A stretch of DNA of 24,164 nt, from assembly GCA_038845975.1 (NCBI GenBank), contig JAWBQF010000036.1, forward strand, positions 1 through 24,164, in the 5' to 3' direction. Position 1 is the first letter of the stretch. Each line of letters opens with the position of its first letter. Positions 1-9,113 of this stretch are shown one piece after another. The DNA is from Candidatus Methanomethylicia archaeon. GTDB lineage: Archaea; Thermoproteota; Methanomethylicia; CALHIW01. The notes under the pieces were generated by a model. That model was not told the origin of the DNA. It ran no database searches and saw only the letters and a list, made by a program, of their open reading frames with translations. The position numbers and the translations under genes are program-made.

Positions 1-341
1 ATTAGAGCTATTTATGGTTCTAATATAGTTGTATTAAGTGATGGGGCTCATTATTATAAAGCAGTAGAATATTAAAATTAAAACATGAATTGTATAGTTT
101 AGAGGTTAAGAATCTAATGGAGAGAATCATACAGTATGTTAAGGATAGAACTAGAGTATTCGATAACTACATACCGTGCATGAAGGATAGATGTGATGGT
201 GAACATGCATTAATGCTTATGAAGTCAATAGCATACATACTGAACGAAACATGGATTAACAGGAAAATAAAAGCTAAGGAATTCATAGAAAACATAATAC
301 CAAAAATAGAGGTGATAAAACATGCTTAAGTTAACAAAGCC
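1..341 (+). mobile_element. IS6-family element copy A, 3' part (frameshifted DDE transposase plus right TIR), truncated by the window start
   Basis: Frame 1 reads IRAIYGSNIVVLSDGAHYY (second catalytic D). A frameshift near 63 leads into ORF 90..329, NLMERIIQYVKDRTRVFDNY (E-x6-K motif). The copy ends in AAGTTAACAAAGCC (328-341), the reverse complement of GGCTTTGTTAACTT. It is closely similar to 13449..13790 on the minus strand and to 4160..4484. Confidence 0.85.
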
Positions 342-425
342 ATTCAAATATAAGTAATATTCTAACTACTACTTATTCCCGTGTATGCTGGAATTTAGTT
401 TACATGTTAAATTTGATTTTGATAA

Positions 426-1358
426 TTATTCTACTTGAAATATGTTATAGTGGGTTTTAATGAATGTATCTACTTCCTCTCTTCTAGGTATGTTTCGGGC
501 ACCGCTAAATCTTACTTTAAGTGCTGATGCTATTGATGCATATCTAGCTGATTGAATTGGGTCTTTACCTCTAAGAGTTTGAACTATGAAGGCTGCAGCA
601 TAAGTATCACCTGCTCCTGTTGTATCGATAACTGGTTTGATTCTTACAGCTGGTATATGGTGTATATTATTGTTAAATGCTATATATGATCCCTTTGCTC
701 CAGCTTTTACAGCTACAATTTTAACTCCCGTATTTAGGATTTTCATTATGGCTTCATTAATATTGTTGGTTCCGGTTAGTATTTTAGATTCTACTTCACT
801 TATAAATAGTATTGATGTTTTGCTTAGAATTTCAGCTATATTATTTAGCTTCTCTTTTACAGCTATTAAGCCCGGATCCCAGCAGAAAGTAAGCTTATAT
901 CTATCACATAGATTAGATGCATTATAAGCAATGTTAATTTTTACTCCTGAGACATGTATTGCTTTGGCGTTCATAATGTATTCCTCATCTATATCTAGAG
1001 GTGAAAGGTTAAGGTTAACACCTGGCCATCTAATTATTCTTCTTACACTACTTCTATCTACAAGTACTATTACAAATCCTGTATTTCCAGTATTGTCTAT
1101 TTCAATACATGAAACATCTACTCCCTCCTCTATGAAGGATTTAATTAGGAGTTGGCCATATGGGTCAGCTCCAACTCTTCCAATAAATCCTGATTTTAAA
1201 CCTAACCTAGATATGCCTACTGCTGTATTTGCAGCAGATCCTCCTGGAGATATTATTAAATTTGAGGCATATGTAGATTCATCTGGATCCGGTATATGAT
1301 TGATGTAAGCTATAACATCGATATTTACATTACCGATACAAACAACATCTAAAACCAT
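426..1358 (-). CDS. PfkB/ribokinase-family carbohydrate or nucleoside kinase
   Basis: N-terminal GNVNID, PfkB signature 1 GGSAANTAVGISRLG...GRVGADPYG, and signature 2 DTTGAGDTY. Confidence 0.93.
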   Translation of the reverse strand: MVLDVVCIGNVNIDVIAYINHIPDPDESTYASNLIISPGGSAANTAVGISRLGLKSGFIGRVGADPYGQLLIKSFIEEGVDVSCIEIDNTGNTGFVIVLVDRSSVRRIIRWPGVNLNLSPLDIDEEYIMNAKAIHVSGVKINIAYNASNLCDRYKLTFCWDPGLIAVKEKLNNIAEILSKTSILFISEVESKILTGTNNINEAIMKILNTGVKIVAVKAGAKGSYIAFNNNIHHIPAVRIKPVIDTTGAGDTYAAAFIVQTLRGKDPIQSARYASIASALKVRFSGARNIPRREEVDTFIKTHYNIFQVE

Positions 1359-1404
1359 AGTCTAAATATTATGTTGTTTTAGGTTAAATTTCTACTGGTT
1401 TATA

Positions 1405-2190
1405 CTACGTAGATTTGTAGATTCTATGGTAGAGCCAGCTTTCTGATTTATACTTTTCTACTAGCTTACTAACCAGCTTTAACTCAAAATCTGTAAGGTT
1501 TGATTCTGTAAATTCTGCTTTAAACGTTTTCCTAAATCCTTCAATTAGAGCCCTAGCAACATCGTTAATGCTGAATTTCATGCTTGATACTTGTTTTATA
1601 CATGTAAGTCTTTTGCTTGCAATCTCAATAATATCATTTATCTCCTTAGCCCATGATATTTTAAGATATGTAAACATTCTTCTTAAATCTAAATCGTAAA
1701 GTATTGTGCCATGTTGTAGTATATATGATCCCCTTATAAGTTGAGCATTACCGGAGATTTTTAAGCCATTAACTGTTATGTTTGGGCATTCATGAGGATT
1801 TCCAGGGTTAAAATTTGCTTTAATTCCAAGGATTTCCAGAGCATAAACTATTCCACTACATATTTTTTGATATGTTGAAATTATATCATCTACACCTATT
1901 GATTGTTTATCAGTAATAACTGAGTAGGTTAGTTCCCCCATTGAATCATGGTATACAGCTCCACCTCCAGTACTTCTCCTTACAATATCAACACCATATG
2001 TATGACAAGTATCTATGTTAACTTCTAAGCTTACATCTTGAAAATAGCCAATAGATACTGCTGAGGGATTCCACATGTAGAGTCTAAGAGTGTTTGGTGC
2101 TTTATTCTCCATTCTAGCTATGAGAATAGCTTCATCAATAGCCATGTTCATATAAGCATTATTAATGCTTAATGGGATTAAGCGCCACAT
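1405..2190 (-). CDS. lplA: Lipoate-protein ligase A / LipM-like catalytic domain, without a C-terminal domain
   Basis: NMAIDEA, LRLYMW, RRSTGGGAVYHD, KISGNAQ and LQHGT motifs of the biotin/lipoate A/B ligase family. Confidence 0.9.
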   Translation of the reverse strand: MWRLIPLSINNAYMNMAIDEAILIARMENKAPNTLRLYMWNPSAVSIGYFQDVSLEVNIDTCHTYGVDIVRRSTGGGAVYHDSMGELTYSVITDKQSIGVDDIISTYQKICSGIVYALEILGIKANFNPGNPHECPNITVNGLKISGNAQLIRGSYILQHGTILYDLDLRRMFTYLKISWAKEINDIIEIASKRLTCIKQVSSMKFSINDVARALIEGFRKTFKAEFTESNLTDFELKLVSKLVEKYKSESWLYHRIYKST

Positions 2191-2440
2191 AATAGATAAT
2201 AAGTAATCCAGGATTTAAGTTTTAAGACTAACATAGCCTATGAAAAGAATAACTCATCATATTAGGATAGAATTGAATCTACTTAATAATCTCTTACAAT
2301 GTGTAAGAAGATATGTAAATTCATGCTTAGTACTTCTTAAAGTTAATAATATTACTGTTAATAAAACATGAATGAAGTGTTAAAGTGAATTCTATGAGAA
2401 CATTACTTATGGCAAAGCAGTAAGGAATACTTAAGTCTAC

Positions 2441-2495
2441 AAAGTTTTTAAATTACAAATATTCAAATATTTGAATATTCTAAATAATTTGGTGA
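2441..2495 (+). promoter_or_regulatory. BRE-TATA promoter, perfect 22-bp palindrome (operator candidate) and Shine-Dalgarno site for the aminotransferase
   Basis: AAAG-TTTTTAAA at 2441-2452. AATATTCAAATATTTGAATATT (2458-2479) is self-complementary. GGTGA at 2491-2495 lies just upstream of TTG 2502. Confidence 0.6.
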
Positions 2496-2501
2496 AATAG
2501 T

Positions 2502-3605
2502 TTGTCTTTAAATATTTCGATTAGAGATATTTTTGATAAATGTAATAACTTGAAAAAAATGGGGAAGCAAGTTATAGATGCACATATTGGTGCTCCATCA
2601 CATGAGCCTCCTATACCAGTTAAGCAAGTTATTGAGAGACTTAGCAGCAATTCCGGTAGGGAATATAAGCCCTTCATCGGTATTCCAGAGTTAAGAGAGG
2701 AAGTGGCAAGATATATTAGAAGATGGATTGGAATTGATGTAGATTCTAATAGAATTATTATTACTAGTGGTGGTGTTCATGCTTTATACATAGTTTTTAG
2801 AATGTTTAGCGATTTACACGCCCTTCTTCCTAAACCCCATTTTCCACATTACTCTATGCAGGCTAAGTTAAACAATGTTAAAGCTGAATATTACAATGCA
2901 TACTCAGAGGATATTGTTAGTGAAGTTCTTAGTAAGTTAAGAGATAAAACCAAGATTGTTATGTTAAACTATCCTAATAATCCAACGGGCTACAATCCTA
3001 GTAGTAGTGAGCTTAAACAGCTTTATGAAGAGTTAAGAGATAGAGGAATAGTATTGGTTAATGATATTGCATATTACCATATGTATTATGAAGAGAAACC
3101 TATACCTATCGGTGATATATTAATAGATACATTTTCTAAGGCGTTATCACTACCAGGACTCCGTGTAGGTTATCTCTACTGGAATACTGAAAACTATGAG
3201 GAGGCTGGTAGAATGGTTTACTGGACAACATCAGGTGTAAGTGATGTCTCCCAAAATATTGTATTAGAAATGTTAAAGGCCTTAAATACTAACTACTTTG
3301 AATATATTCGTAGCTACTATAAGCCGAAAAGAGATTTAATGGTCAAGCTACTTAGAGAAAATGGTTTCACTTTTCCAAATCCTAGAGGAGCATTCTATGT
3401 ATTCCCAGAACATCAAAAAATAGATAGTAGTATAAAACTAGCACAAAATCTTTTACTGGAAAATCGAAACATAAATGTTGGTATAGTGCCTGGCCCCTCA
3501 TTCATGGGTGGGGAGAAACAGTTTAGAATAAGCTTTGGCAAACTTAATGAGGAAGACATCTATATGCTTATTGATGAATTAAAGACAGAAATAAATCGTA
3601 GTTAA
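2502..3605 (+). CDS. PLP-dependent aminotransferase class I/II (aspartate/aromatic type)
   Basis: GIPELREEVA, ITSGG, NYPNNPTG, NDIAY, FSKALSLPGLRVG (PLP lysine), GAFY and RISF. The TTG start is supported by an SD site. Confidence 0.92.
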   Translation: MSLNISIRDIFDKCNNLKKMGKQVIDAHIGAPSHEPPIPVKQVIERLSSNSGREYKPFIGIPELREEVARYIRRWIGIDVDSNRIIITSGGVHALYIVFRMFSDLHALLPKPHFPHYSMQAKLNNVKAEYYNAYSEDIVSEVLSKLRDKTKIVMLNYPNNPTGYNPSSSELKQLYEELRDRGIVLVNDIAYYHMYYEEKPIPIGDILIDTFSKALSLPGLRVGYLYWNTENYEEAGRMVYWTTSGVSDVSQNIVLEMLKALNTNYFEYIRSYYKPKRDLMVKLLRENGFTFPNPRGAFYVFPEHQKIDSSIKLAQNLLLENRNINVGIVPGPSFMGGEKQFRISFGKLNEEDIYMLIDELKTEINRS

Positions 3606-3618
3606 CAATACCTAATAC

Positions 3619-3662
3619 CTATACTACTATTATTTTGTAGTATAGTAGAGTATAGTAGTATA
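3619..3662 (+). terminator. Hairpin/tandem-repeat element after the aminotransferase stop (possible terminator)
   Basis: CTATACTAC (3619-3627) pairs with GTAGTATAG (3637-3645). Alternatively TATACTACTAT (3620-3630) pairs with ATAGTAGTATA (3652-3662). AGTATAGTAG occurs twice in tandem (3639-3658). Confidence 0.35.
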
Positions 3663-3676
3663 AGCTAAAACATAAT

Positions 3677-4484
3677 GGCTTTGCTAACTTTAGCTTTATT
3701 TGGGGTTTCACTCCCTTATTTATGGTGTTAGTATGTCTAAAACTATTAGGTTTACTAGGGAACTCCATTTATCCTAGCTTTATGATGCTTATATTTCATT
3801 CATCTAGAATGGCTTTAGATATTCTAAGTTTGGGTCTGTCTGAAAACTCTATAATTAAATAGGTTAACTTATTAACCTATTTAATTTTCTTCATATAAAT
3901 GCATAAATAGCAACATTCAAGAGTTTTCATACGAGTTCTTTATTATTATATGTATTCATATTATGGTTTAGATCTTTAAGTTATTTGAGTTTGGTAAATA
4001 GGAAGTTAGAATTGTTATGATTAATGATGCTATTATAAATGTAGATTCTAATAATAGGGTTATGTATGTTGTATTTGAGCCATTATTGAGGAGGATTCTA
4101 TACATATGGGTTTATGATGTTATAAATATGTTTACATCTCTAACATTTCTTAAGAAAATAAATGCTATTTATGGTTCTAATATAATTGTATTAAGTGGTG
4201 ATGTACACCATCATGGATCACCATGTGAAATATTGAATTCATTGAAGTATATGGCTTAGAGGTTAGAACTAATGGAGATAATACAATATCTTAAGGATAG
4301 AACTAGATTATTCGATAACTACATGCCATGCAGAAGGATAAATGTGATAGTGAACATGTATCAATGCTTATAAAATCAATAGTATAGTTAAATAAACATT
4401 GATCAATAAAAGAATAAAGGCTAAGAATTCATAGAAACACAAAACCAAAATAGAGATAGTAAACATGCTTAAATTCACAAAGCC
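3677..4484 (+). mobile_element. IS6-family element copy B, full extent, transposase pseudogenised
   Basis: Left TIR GGCTTTGCTAACTT (3677-3690) and right TIR AAATTCACAAAGCC (4471-4484). A perfect 8-bp direct repeat AACATAAT flanks it (3669-3676 and 4485-4492). Transposase fragments IVMINDAII, IIVLSGD and KDRTRLFDNY lie in broken frames. Confidence 0.9.
3832..3938. mobile_element. MITE-like insertion of about 107 bp nested in IS6 copy B
   Basis: The segment is absent from the homologous position of copy C. Its ends are imperfect inverted repeats, GGGTCTGTCTGAAAACTCT and AGAGTTTTCATACGAGTTC, with 10 bp perfect. It contains a perfect 15-bp hairpin (3853-3867/3872-3886) and is flanked by TTT on both sides. 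Confidence 0.6.
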
Positions 4485-4541
4485 AACATAATCAGAGTTA
4501 AGCTTAAAAGGTAGACGGATAAAACTAGTTTGGTGTCTTAG

Positions 4542-4778
4542 TTGGCTATCGCCTATGTTCTGGTTAATGTTGAAACAGGAGCAGAAAATGAAATTTTAGA
4601 TAAACTTGCATCAATAGATGAAATTAAGGAGGTATACTTTGTTTACGGTGTTTACGATATTATTGTTAAGATTGAAGCTGAAAATGTAGATAAAATTAAG
4701 GAAATAGTTACATGGAAAATTAGAAGGCTTGATAAAGTAAGATCAACGGTAACAATGGTTACTATGGGTAAGAACTGA
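4542..4778 (+). CDS. Stand-alone Lrp/AsnC ligand-binding (RAM) domain protein
   Basis: AYVLVNVE, EVYFVYGVYDIIVKIE, IRRLDKVRSTVTM. It has no HTH. A GGTG SD site precedes the TTG start. Confidence 0.9.
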   Translation: MAIAYVLVNVETGAENEILDKLASIDEIKEVYFVYGVYDIIVKIEAENVDKIKEIVTWKIRRLDKVRSTVTMVTMGKN

Positions 4779-4872
4779 TGAAACCATAAATATTATAGAG
4801 TTTATCTAAACCTACCTATTTAAGCTAATTAATTTCTTGCTGGAAGCTAATATAAACTGTAATACATTTCAT

Positions 4873-5070
4873 CTAATCCAACTCTTTTACAGAACACTTT
4901 AACATCTTGATTATACTGTCAACCTCAGCTAAACTAACCTTATAGGTATATAGGTACTTTTTAGTTCTAAGTTTAAGTTTTACCATATCCTTAAGTCTTT
5001 TAACGCGACATTCAATAGCATTGTTTGAAAGCTTTAAGAAATCATCAACACTATGAATTTCACGTGGCAT
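4873..5070 (-). CDS. rpl38e: 50S ribosomal protein L38e
   Basis: MPREI..VDDFL and VKLKLRTKKYLYTYKV match the L38e pattern MP+xI...VKFKxRxxRYLYTL. The length is 65 aa. Confidence 0.88.
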   Translation of the reverse strand: MPREIHSVDDFLKLSNNAIECRVKRLKDMVKLKLRTKKYLYTYKVSLAEVDSIIKMLKCSVKELD

Positions 5071-5163
5071 ATTACAACCAGCAAATACTTAGGAGGGAAT
5101 TTATAAATTTTATGGTTTAAAGGCTTTAAAGCTTATTATAGCTAATTCTACATCAAAATGGAT

Positions 5164-6174
5164 TTAGCTATTTATAGGCATCATGTAGTCTTCTCCATCA
5201 CTTAGAATAACTCTGTAATATTTTTCTCCTTTAAATTCAACTTCCTCCAGTTTTCCTTTCACTATAATTCTATCTCCTACTCTAGCTTGTTCACAAAATC
5301 TTCCTCTAAAAGAGGTTATTTCCTTTATTGGATAATTTCCCCCCTCAACAATTTCTAAATCATCTATAAGATATCTACACGGTGTAAATATTGATTCTAA
5401 ATCATTGATTACTGTTGCCTTTAAAACTACTTTTCCAAGATTTCTATACTTTTTATCTCCATATTTTTCATTTACTTCATCATAGTCTTTAATAAGTCTT
5501 ATGAAATACTCTTTGTCTTTAAATAATCCCTGAAGTAGTTTAACTTTCTCTATTCTTTTAAAAGTATTGAATGGTATTGGTGTTTCCCTAGATCTAAATC
5601 TATATAGCCTCTTAATACTTTTAGAATAGCTCTCCAATATGTTCAGTTGACGTAGTGTTTTTAATGCCTCATAAACCTTTAAACAATTTCTATAGCCGTA
5701 AACTATTATATCAATATCGGAAGATTGATTATGTAATCCTAAAAGTATAGATCCTGAAATACCGATTTTATCTAGTGGTATATTTGCCTTATCTCTTATT
5801 GTAAGAGCTAACTCCAAGGCTAATTCTTCAATATTGTTAAGCGTTCCATACTCTTTAACCATTTCCATTAGCTTAGCTTCAGGCTTATAGAATGATTTAA
5901 TCATCTTTCTAGGTATAGCTTCAATAACTTCATCTATGAATGGATCATAGAATAAGTATTGGGGATAGTTCTTGCTTAAAAATTTAAATCTTTCATTAAG
6001 TTCATAAATCTTTTTATATCTTAAACATCCTTTAACTCTACTACCTAATGGGTCTGGAATATAACGTATATAAGCTATAACTCTATCTTTAGGATGAATA
6101 AAGCCCTTAACATCAAAAATCAATCCATCAATAGATTCAATAAAATCCCCTTCTCTAAACTGAATCATATACAT
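5164..6174 (-). CDS. Archaeal Pol-beta-type nucleotidyltransferase-domain protein (COG1665-like)
   Basis: REGDF...FDVKG..HP.DR..AY.RY N-terminus, GISGS...SDIDIIVYG (hG[GS]-x-DxD motif) and a C-terminal OB-like SFRGRFCEQA..GD.I.VKGKLE segment. Confidence 0.8.
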   Translation of the reverse strand: MYMIQFREGDFIESIDGLIFDVKGFIHPKDRVIAYIRYIPDPLGSRVKGCLRYKKIYELNERFKFLSKNYPQYLFYDPFIDEVIEAIPRKMIKSFYKPEAKLMEMVKEYGTLNNIEELALELALTIRDKANIPLDKIGISGSILLGLHNQSSDIDIIVYGYRNCLKVYEALKTLRQLNILESYSKSIKRLYRFRSRETPIPFNTFKRIEKVKLLQGLFKDKEYFIRLIKDYDEVNEKYGDKKYRNLGKVVLKATVINDLESIFTPCRYLIDDLEIVEGGNYPIKEITSFRGRFCEQARVGDRIIVKGKLEEVEFKGEKYYRVILSDGEDYMMPINS

Positions 6175-6185
6175 CCCTATGTATG

Positions 6186-7361
6186 TTAAGCTCTAGACCT
6201 CTTTATAATATGTGAAAGTATTTCTACACCTTTAATCATCTCCTCAACTGTCGGCTGGGTTATACTAAGTCTTAATGTTTCTCTCCGTTCATCGCTAACA
6301 TAAAACTTCCTTGTTGGAACATATATTACTCCATTTCTAATAGCTTCGGCTAAGCTAAGTTCAGCATCGAATCCTTGAGCTGTCAACATAAGGAAAAAGC
6401 CACCACAAGGCTTTGTCCATTCCACATTGCATGGCATAAAATCGCTTAATACTTTAAGCATAGCTTTCATTTTTCCTCTATAATGATCTGCTAGCTTCAA
6501 CATGTAGTTATAGATAAATCCTGATCTTAAAGCTTCTAAGGCAATATATTGGGTAAAGGTTGATGTTGCAAAGTCTAATTGCTCAAATAAAGCTATTCTA
6601 TATGCTAAATCTTTAGAAGCTGTAATCCATCCAATTCTTAATCCTGGGGCAAACACCTTACTTAGACTTCCAATATAGATAACTCTACCCTCTCTATCTA
6701 AACTCTTGAGTGGTGGAGGAGTATTAGTAGTTATAGGTCTGTATGGATCGTCTTCCAATATTGTTAAATCATATTTTGAAGCTAGCTCAAGGACATGCTT
6801 GCGTCTTTCAATACTCATTGTTACACCAGTAGGGTTATGACATGTAGGTATCAGATATAGTATATTGTATTCAGATTTGTATATTTTCAGAAGCTTCTCC
6901 AATTCATAAGTTACAATACCACTGGAATCTAATGGAATTCCAATTACACGTTTAGCATTAATTCTTAATGGTATAAGTGTTTCATAAAATGTAGGATTCT
7001 CACAGAATATAGTTACATTATGGTCTACAAGTACATCTGAGAGAATTTTGAATGCGTGTTGAGCACCACATGTTACAACTATATCATCATTGCCAATATT
7101 AACACCTATTCGCTCAGCGAACTCTCTAATTTCAATTTTTAAATCCTCAATACCGCCCATACCTGGGTACATAAGAGATTTAGCACCCCATTTAGTAGCA
7201 ACACTTCTTACAAATTCAACTACTTCACTAACAGGTATTAGCTGAAAATCCGGGTTTCCACTAGCAAAATTGATTACCTTTACCTGCTTAGCTATTCTTG
7301 ATATTTCCTCAACTGGTGATAACTCAACAATTAATGCTCTATTAGTAATCTTAAATCCCAA
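6186..7361 (-). CDS. PLP-dependent aminotransferase (LysN/ARO8 type, 2-aminoadipate/aromatic transaminase-like)
   Basis: INFASGNPD, CENPTF, PTCHNPTG, EDDPY, GSLSKVFAPGLRIGW, GGFF and LRLS. Confidence 0.9.
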   Translation of the reverse strand: MGFKITNRALIVELSPVEEISRIAKQVKVINFASGNPDFQLIPVSEVVEFVRSVATKWGAKSLMYPGMGGIEDLKIEIREFAERIGVNIGNDDIVVTCGAQHAFKILSDVLVDHNVTIFCENPTFYETLIPLRINAKRVIGIPLDSSGIVTYELEKLLKIYKSEYNILYLIPTCHNPTGVTMSIERRKHVLELASKYDLTILEDDPYRPITTNTPPPLKSLDREGRVIYIGSLSKVFAPGLRIGWITASKDLAYRIALFEQLDFATSTFTQYIALEALRSGFIYNYMLKLADHYRGKMKAMLKVLSDFMPCNVEWTKPCGGFFLMLTAQGFDAELSLAEAIRNGVIYVPTRKFYVSDERRETLRLSITQPTVEEMIKGVEILSHIIKRSRA

Positions 7362-7386
7362 ATATTAACACCATAACAACTATTCA

Positions 7387-7407
7387 CTAAGTTATAAATA
7401 AACTTAG
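7387..7407 (-). promoter_or_regulatory. Inverted repeat framing the TATA box of the LysN-type aminotransferase promoter
   Basis: CTAAGTT-N7-AACTTAG encloses a minus-strand TTTATAA (7392-7398) about 30 nt upstream of the start. Confidence 0.4.
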
Positions 7408-7591
7408 CCTTATAGATTTAGAACATGACAACTTAGCATACTATGGCTTTCTTCTTAGGCTACCAAGTCCTAGATTTAGTCTAGTAGTTGGATGAATAAA
7501 CTTAATCTACTATAGCTTCAAATAGTGGTATTCATTACTCTTATGGATTAATATGCTTAACTTTTACAGCTTAGTGAATGTATTTTTAATT

Positions 7592-9109
7592 TTAATCCTG
7601 AATATATTCTCCTCCACTTTCTAATGCGTTTTCAGCTTTTGCTAATTCATATCCAATATAGAATGCATGATCAATTCTAGAAATAGCGTTTAATGCTAGT
7701 AGTTTATTTCTTATTTCATAGTAGGATTTACCTTTTATCATCCAATCAGGATTTTTAGATTTGGTCGGGTAATGTATAACCACTATCTCCCCGACATCAT
7801 GATCAACTTCAATTCTAAAACATCCCTTAGGGTCAAGCTTAAATTCTAACTTCTCTAACTTGCTAAGTATAGGAATTTTCCCCTCAAAATTCTTATAGGT
7901 TTTTACATCTCTTATTCTCTTACTCTTTAATTTTAATAGTGATACTCCTAAGTCTTTTGGTGGTTGATTTCTAAGTTTAGCCATCCATGCAAGATCTATT
8001 GCTCTTGCTAGTTCTTTAACTGAGTATCTTGTCTTTACGCTTGATTCAACTGTAAGCATTAGACTTACATTAAGCTCTACAGCTAAGCAGGCTAGTAATG
8101 CATTTACGCCTAAACTATCAGCATCAATCATCTCAGTTACATTACCAACTCCCATGAAAACAGGATTCTTAAACTTCTCTAGAGATACTCTATATGCAGC
8201 TATTGAATCTGATAATCCAATAATTGGCGGGTGCAGCATAGGATCAATAATTAGCTTCTTATATCCAAGCTTTCTTGCATTTTCAACATTTACATTTAGC
8301 ATCTCTAAAGAATCTTTAAATGTTTTCGGATATATTCCTCTCTCCATATTTGTAGGAGTAACTACAGCAGGTATGTTTCTAGTGTAATTTGGTAACTTAG
8401 ACATATTTCCCATATCAATACTTAGAATCAGCTTAGCACCTGCTTTAACGCCCATTTTAATCTCATTGGGGTCCATACTATCAATACTTATAGGTTTCAA
8501 AACCTTTCTTTTTACATTATGTATGAGCTTAAAGGCTTTTTCTGGATTGCTCTCACTAGCAATCATTCCTATATCAATTATATCAGCTCCCATGGAGGCA
8601 AATTTAATAGCCCTACTAACAACATCATCAACATCAAGTAATGGAGCATCAACGATTTCAGCAATAATTTTAGGTTTACATCCCCTATAAATCGGTAGGC
8701 TGTCTATATCAATGCATCGTTTAGGTTTTTCTTTCTCTACTGGATGTATTGGTTGATATTCAATAAGTTCATCTGCTGGGTTTACTGGCGAGAACTTATC
8801 AAGAACTCTACTGAGAACTGGTAGTAAAGACTCCATATCTCCAATGTATCTTGTACCCTTGACTATTTTCAGATTTAATAAGTTCCCTAATTCCTCATAA
8901 TTTCCTCTAGCCATTCCTGGAATGATAACAAGATCATATTCTAAACATTTATTCTTAAGATTTTCCTTGAGAAGTTTAGGTGTTATGAAAGCTGCAACCG
9001 AGATGGGTAGAATAAGTAAATCGCATTTCAAATTGTATTTCTCAGCATTTATTGCGATTTTCCTAACATCTCTCTGGGCAAGTCTACCTGTAACAAGAAG
9101 TATTTTCAT
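7592..9109 (-). CDS. Dihydropteroate synthase-like protein (MJ0107/Orf20 type: DUF6513 + pterin-binding + DUF4346)
   Basis: MKILLVTGRLA, VAAFITP, AEIVDAP, GADIIDIG, PISIDS, IIDP, MGVGNVTEMIDADSLGVN, PKDLG, LDPKGCF and HAFYIGYELAKAE. Confidence 0.9.
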   Translation of the reverse strand: MKILLVTGRLAQRDVRKIAINAEKYNLKCDLLILPISVAAFITPKLLKENLKNKCLEYDLVIIPGMARGNYEELGNLLNLKIVKGTRYIGDMESLLPVLSRVLDKFSPVNPADELIEYQPIHPVEKEKPKRCIDIDSLPIYRGCKPKIIAEIVDAPLLDVDDVVSRAIKFASMGADIIDIGMIASESNPEKAFKLIHNVKRKVLKPISIDSMDPNEIKMGVKAGAKLILSIDMGNMSKLPNYTRNIPAVVTPTNMERGIYPKTFKDSLEMLNVNVENARKLGYKKLIIDPMLHPPIIGLSDSIAAYRVSLEKFKNPVFMGVGNVTEMIDADSLGVNALLACLAVELNVSLMLTVESSVKTRYSVKELARAIDLAWMAKLRNQPPKDLGVSLLKLKSKRIRDVKTYKNFEGKIPILSKLEKLEFKLDPKGCFRIEVDHDVGEIVVIHYPTKSKNPDWMIKGKSYYEIRNKLLALNAISRIDHAFYIGYELAKAENALESGGEYIQD

Positions 9110-9113
9110 AAGT

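Noticed and set aside
637-1299. Plus-strand ORFs 637..927 and 931..1299
   Set aside because: They are antisense shadows of the well-supported PfkB kinase and have no recognisable motifs.
4017-4259. 80-aa ORF as an independent gene (likewise 90..329)
   Set aside because: It is a frameshifted fragment of the IS6 transposase.
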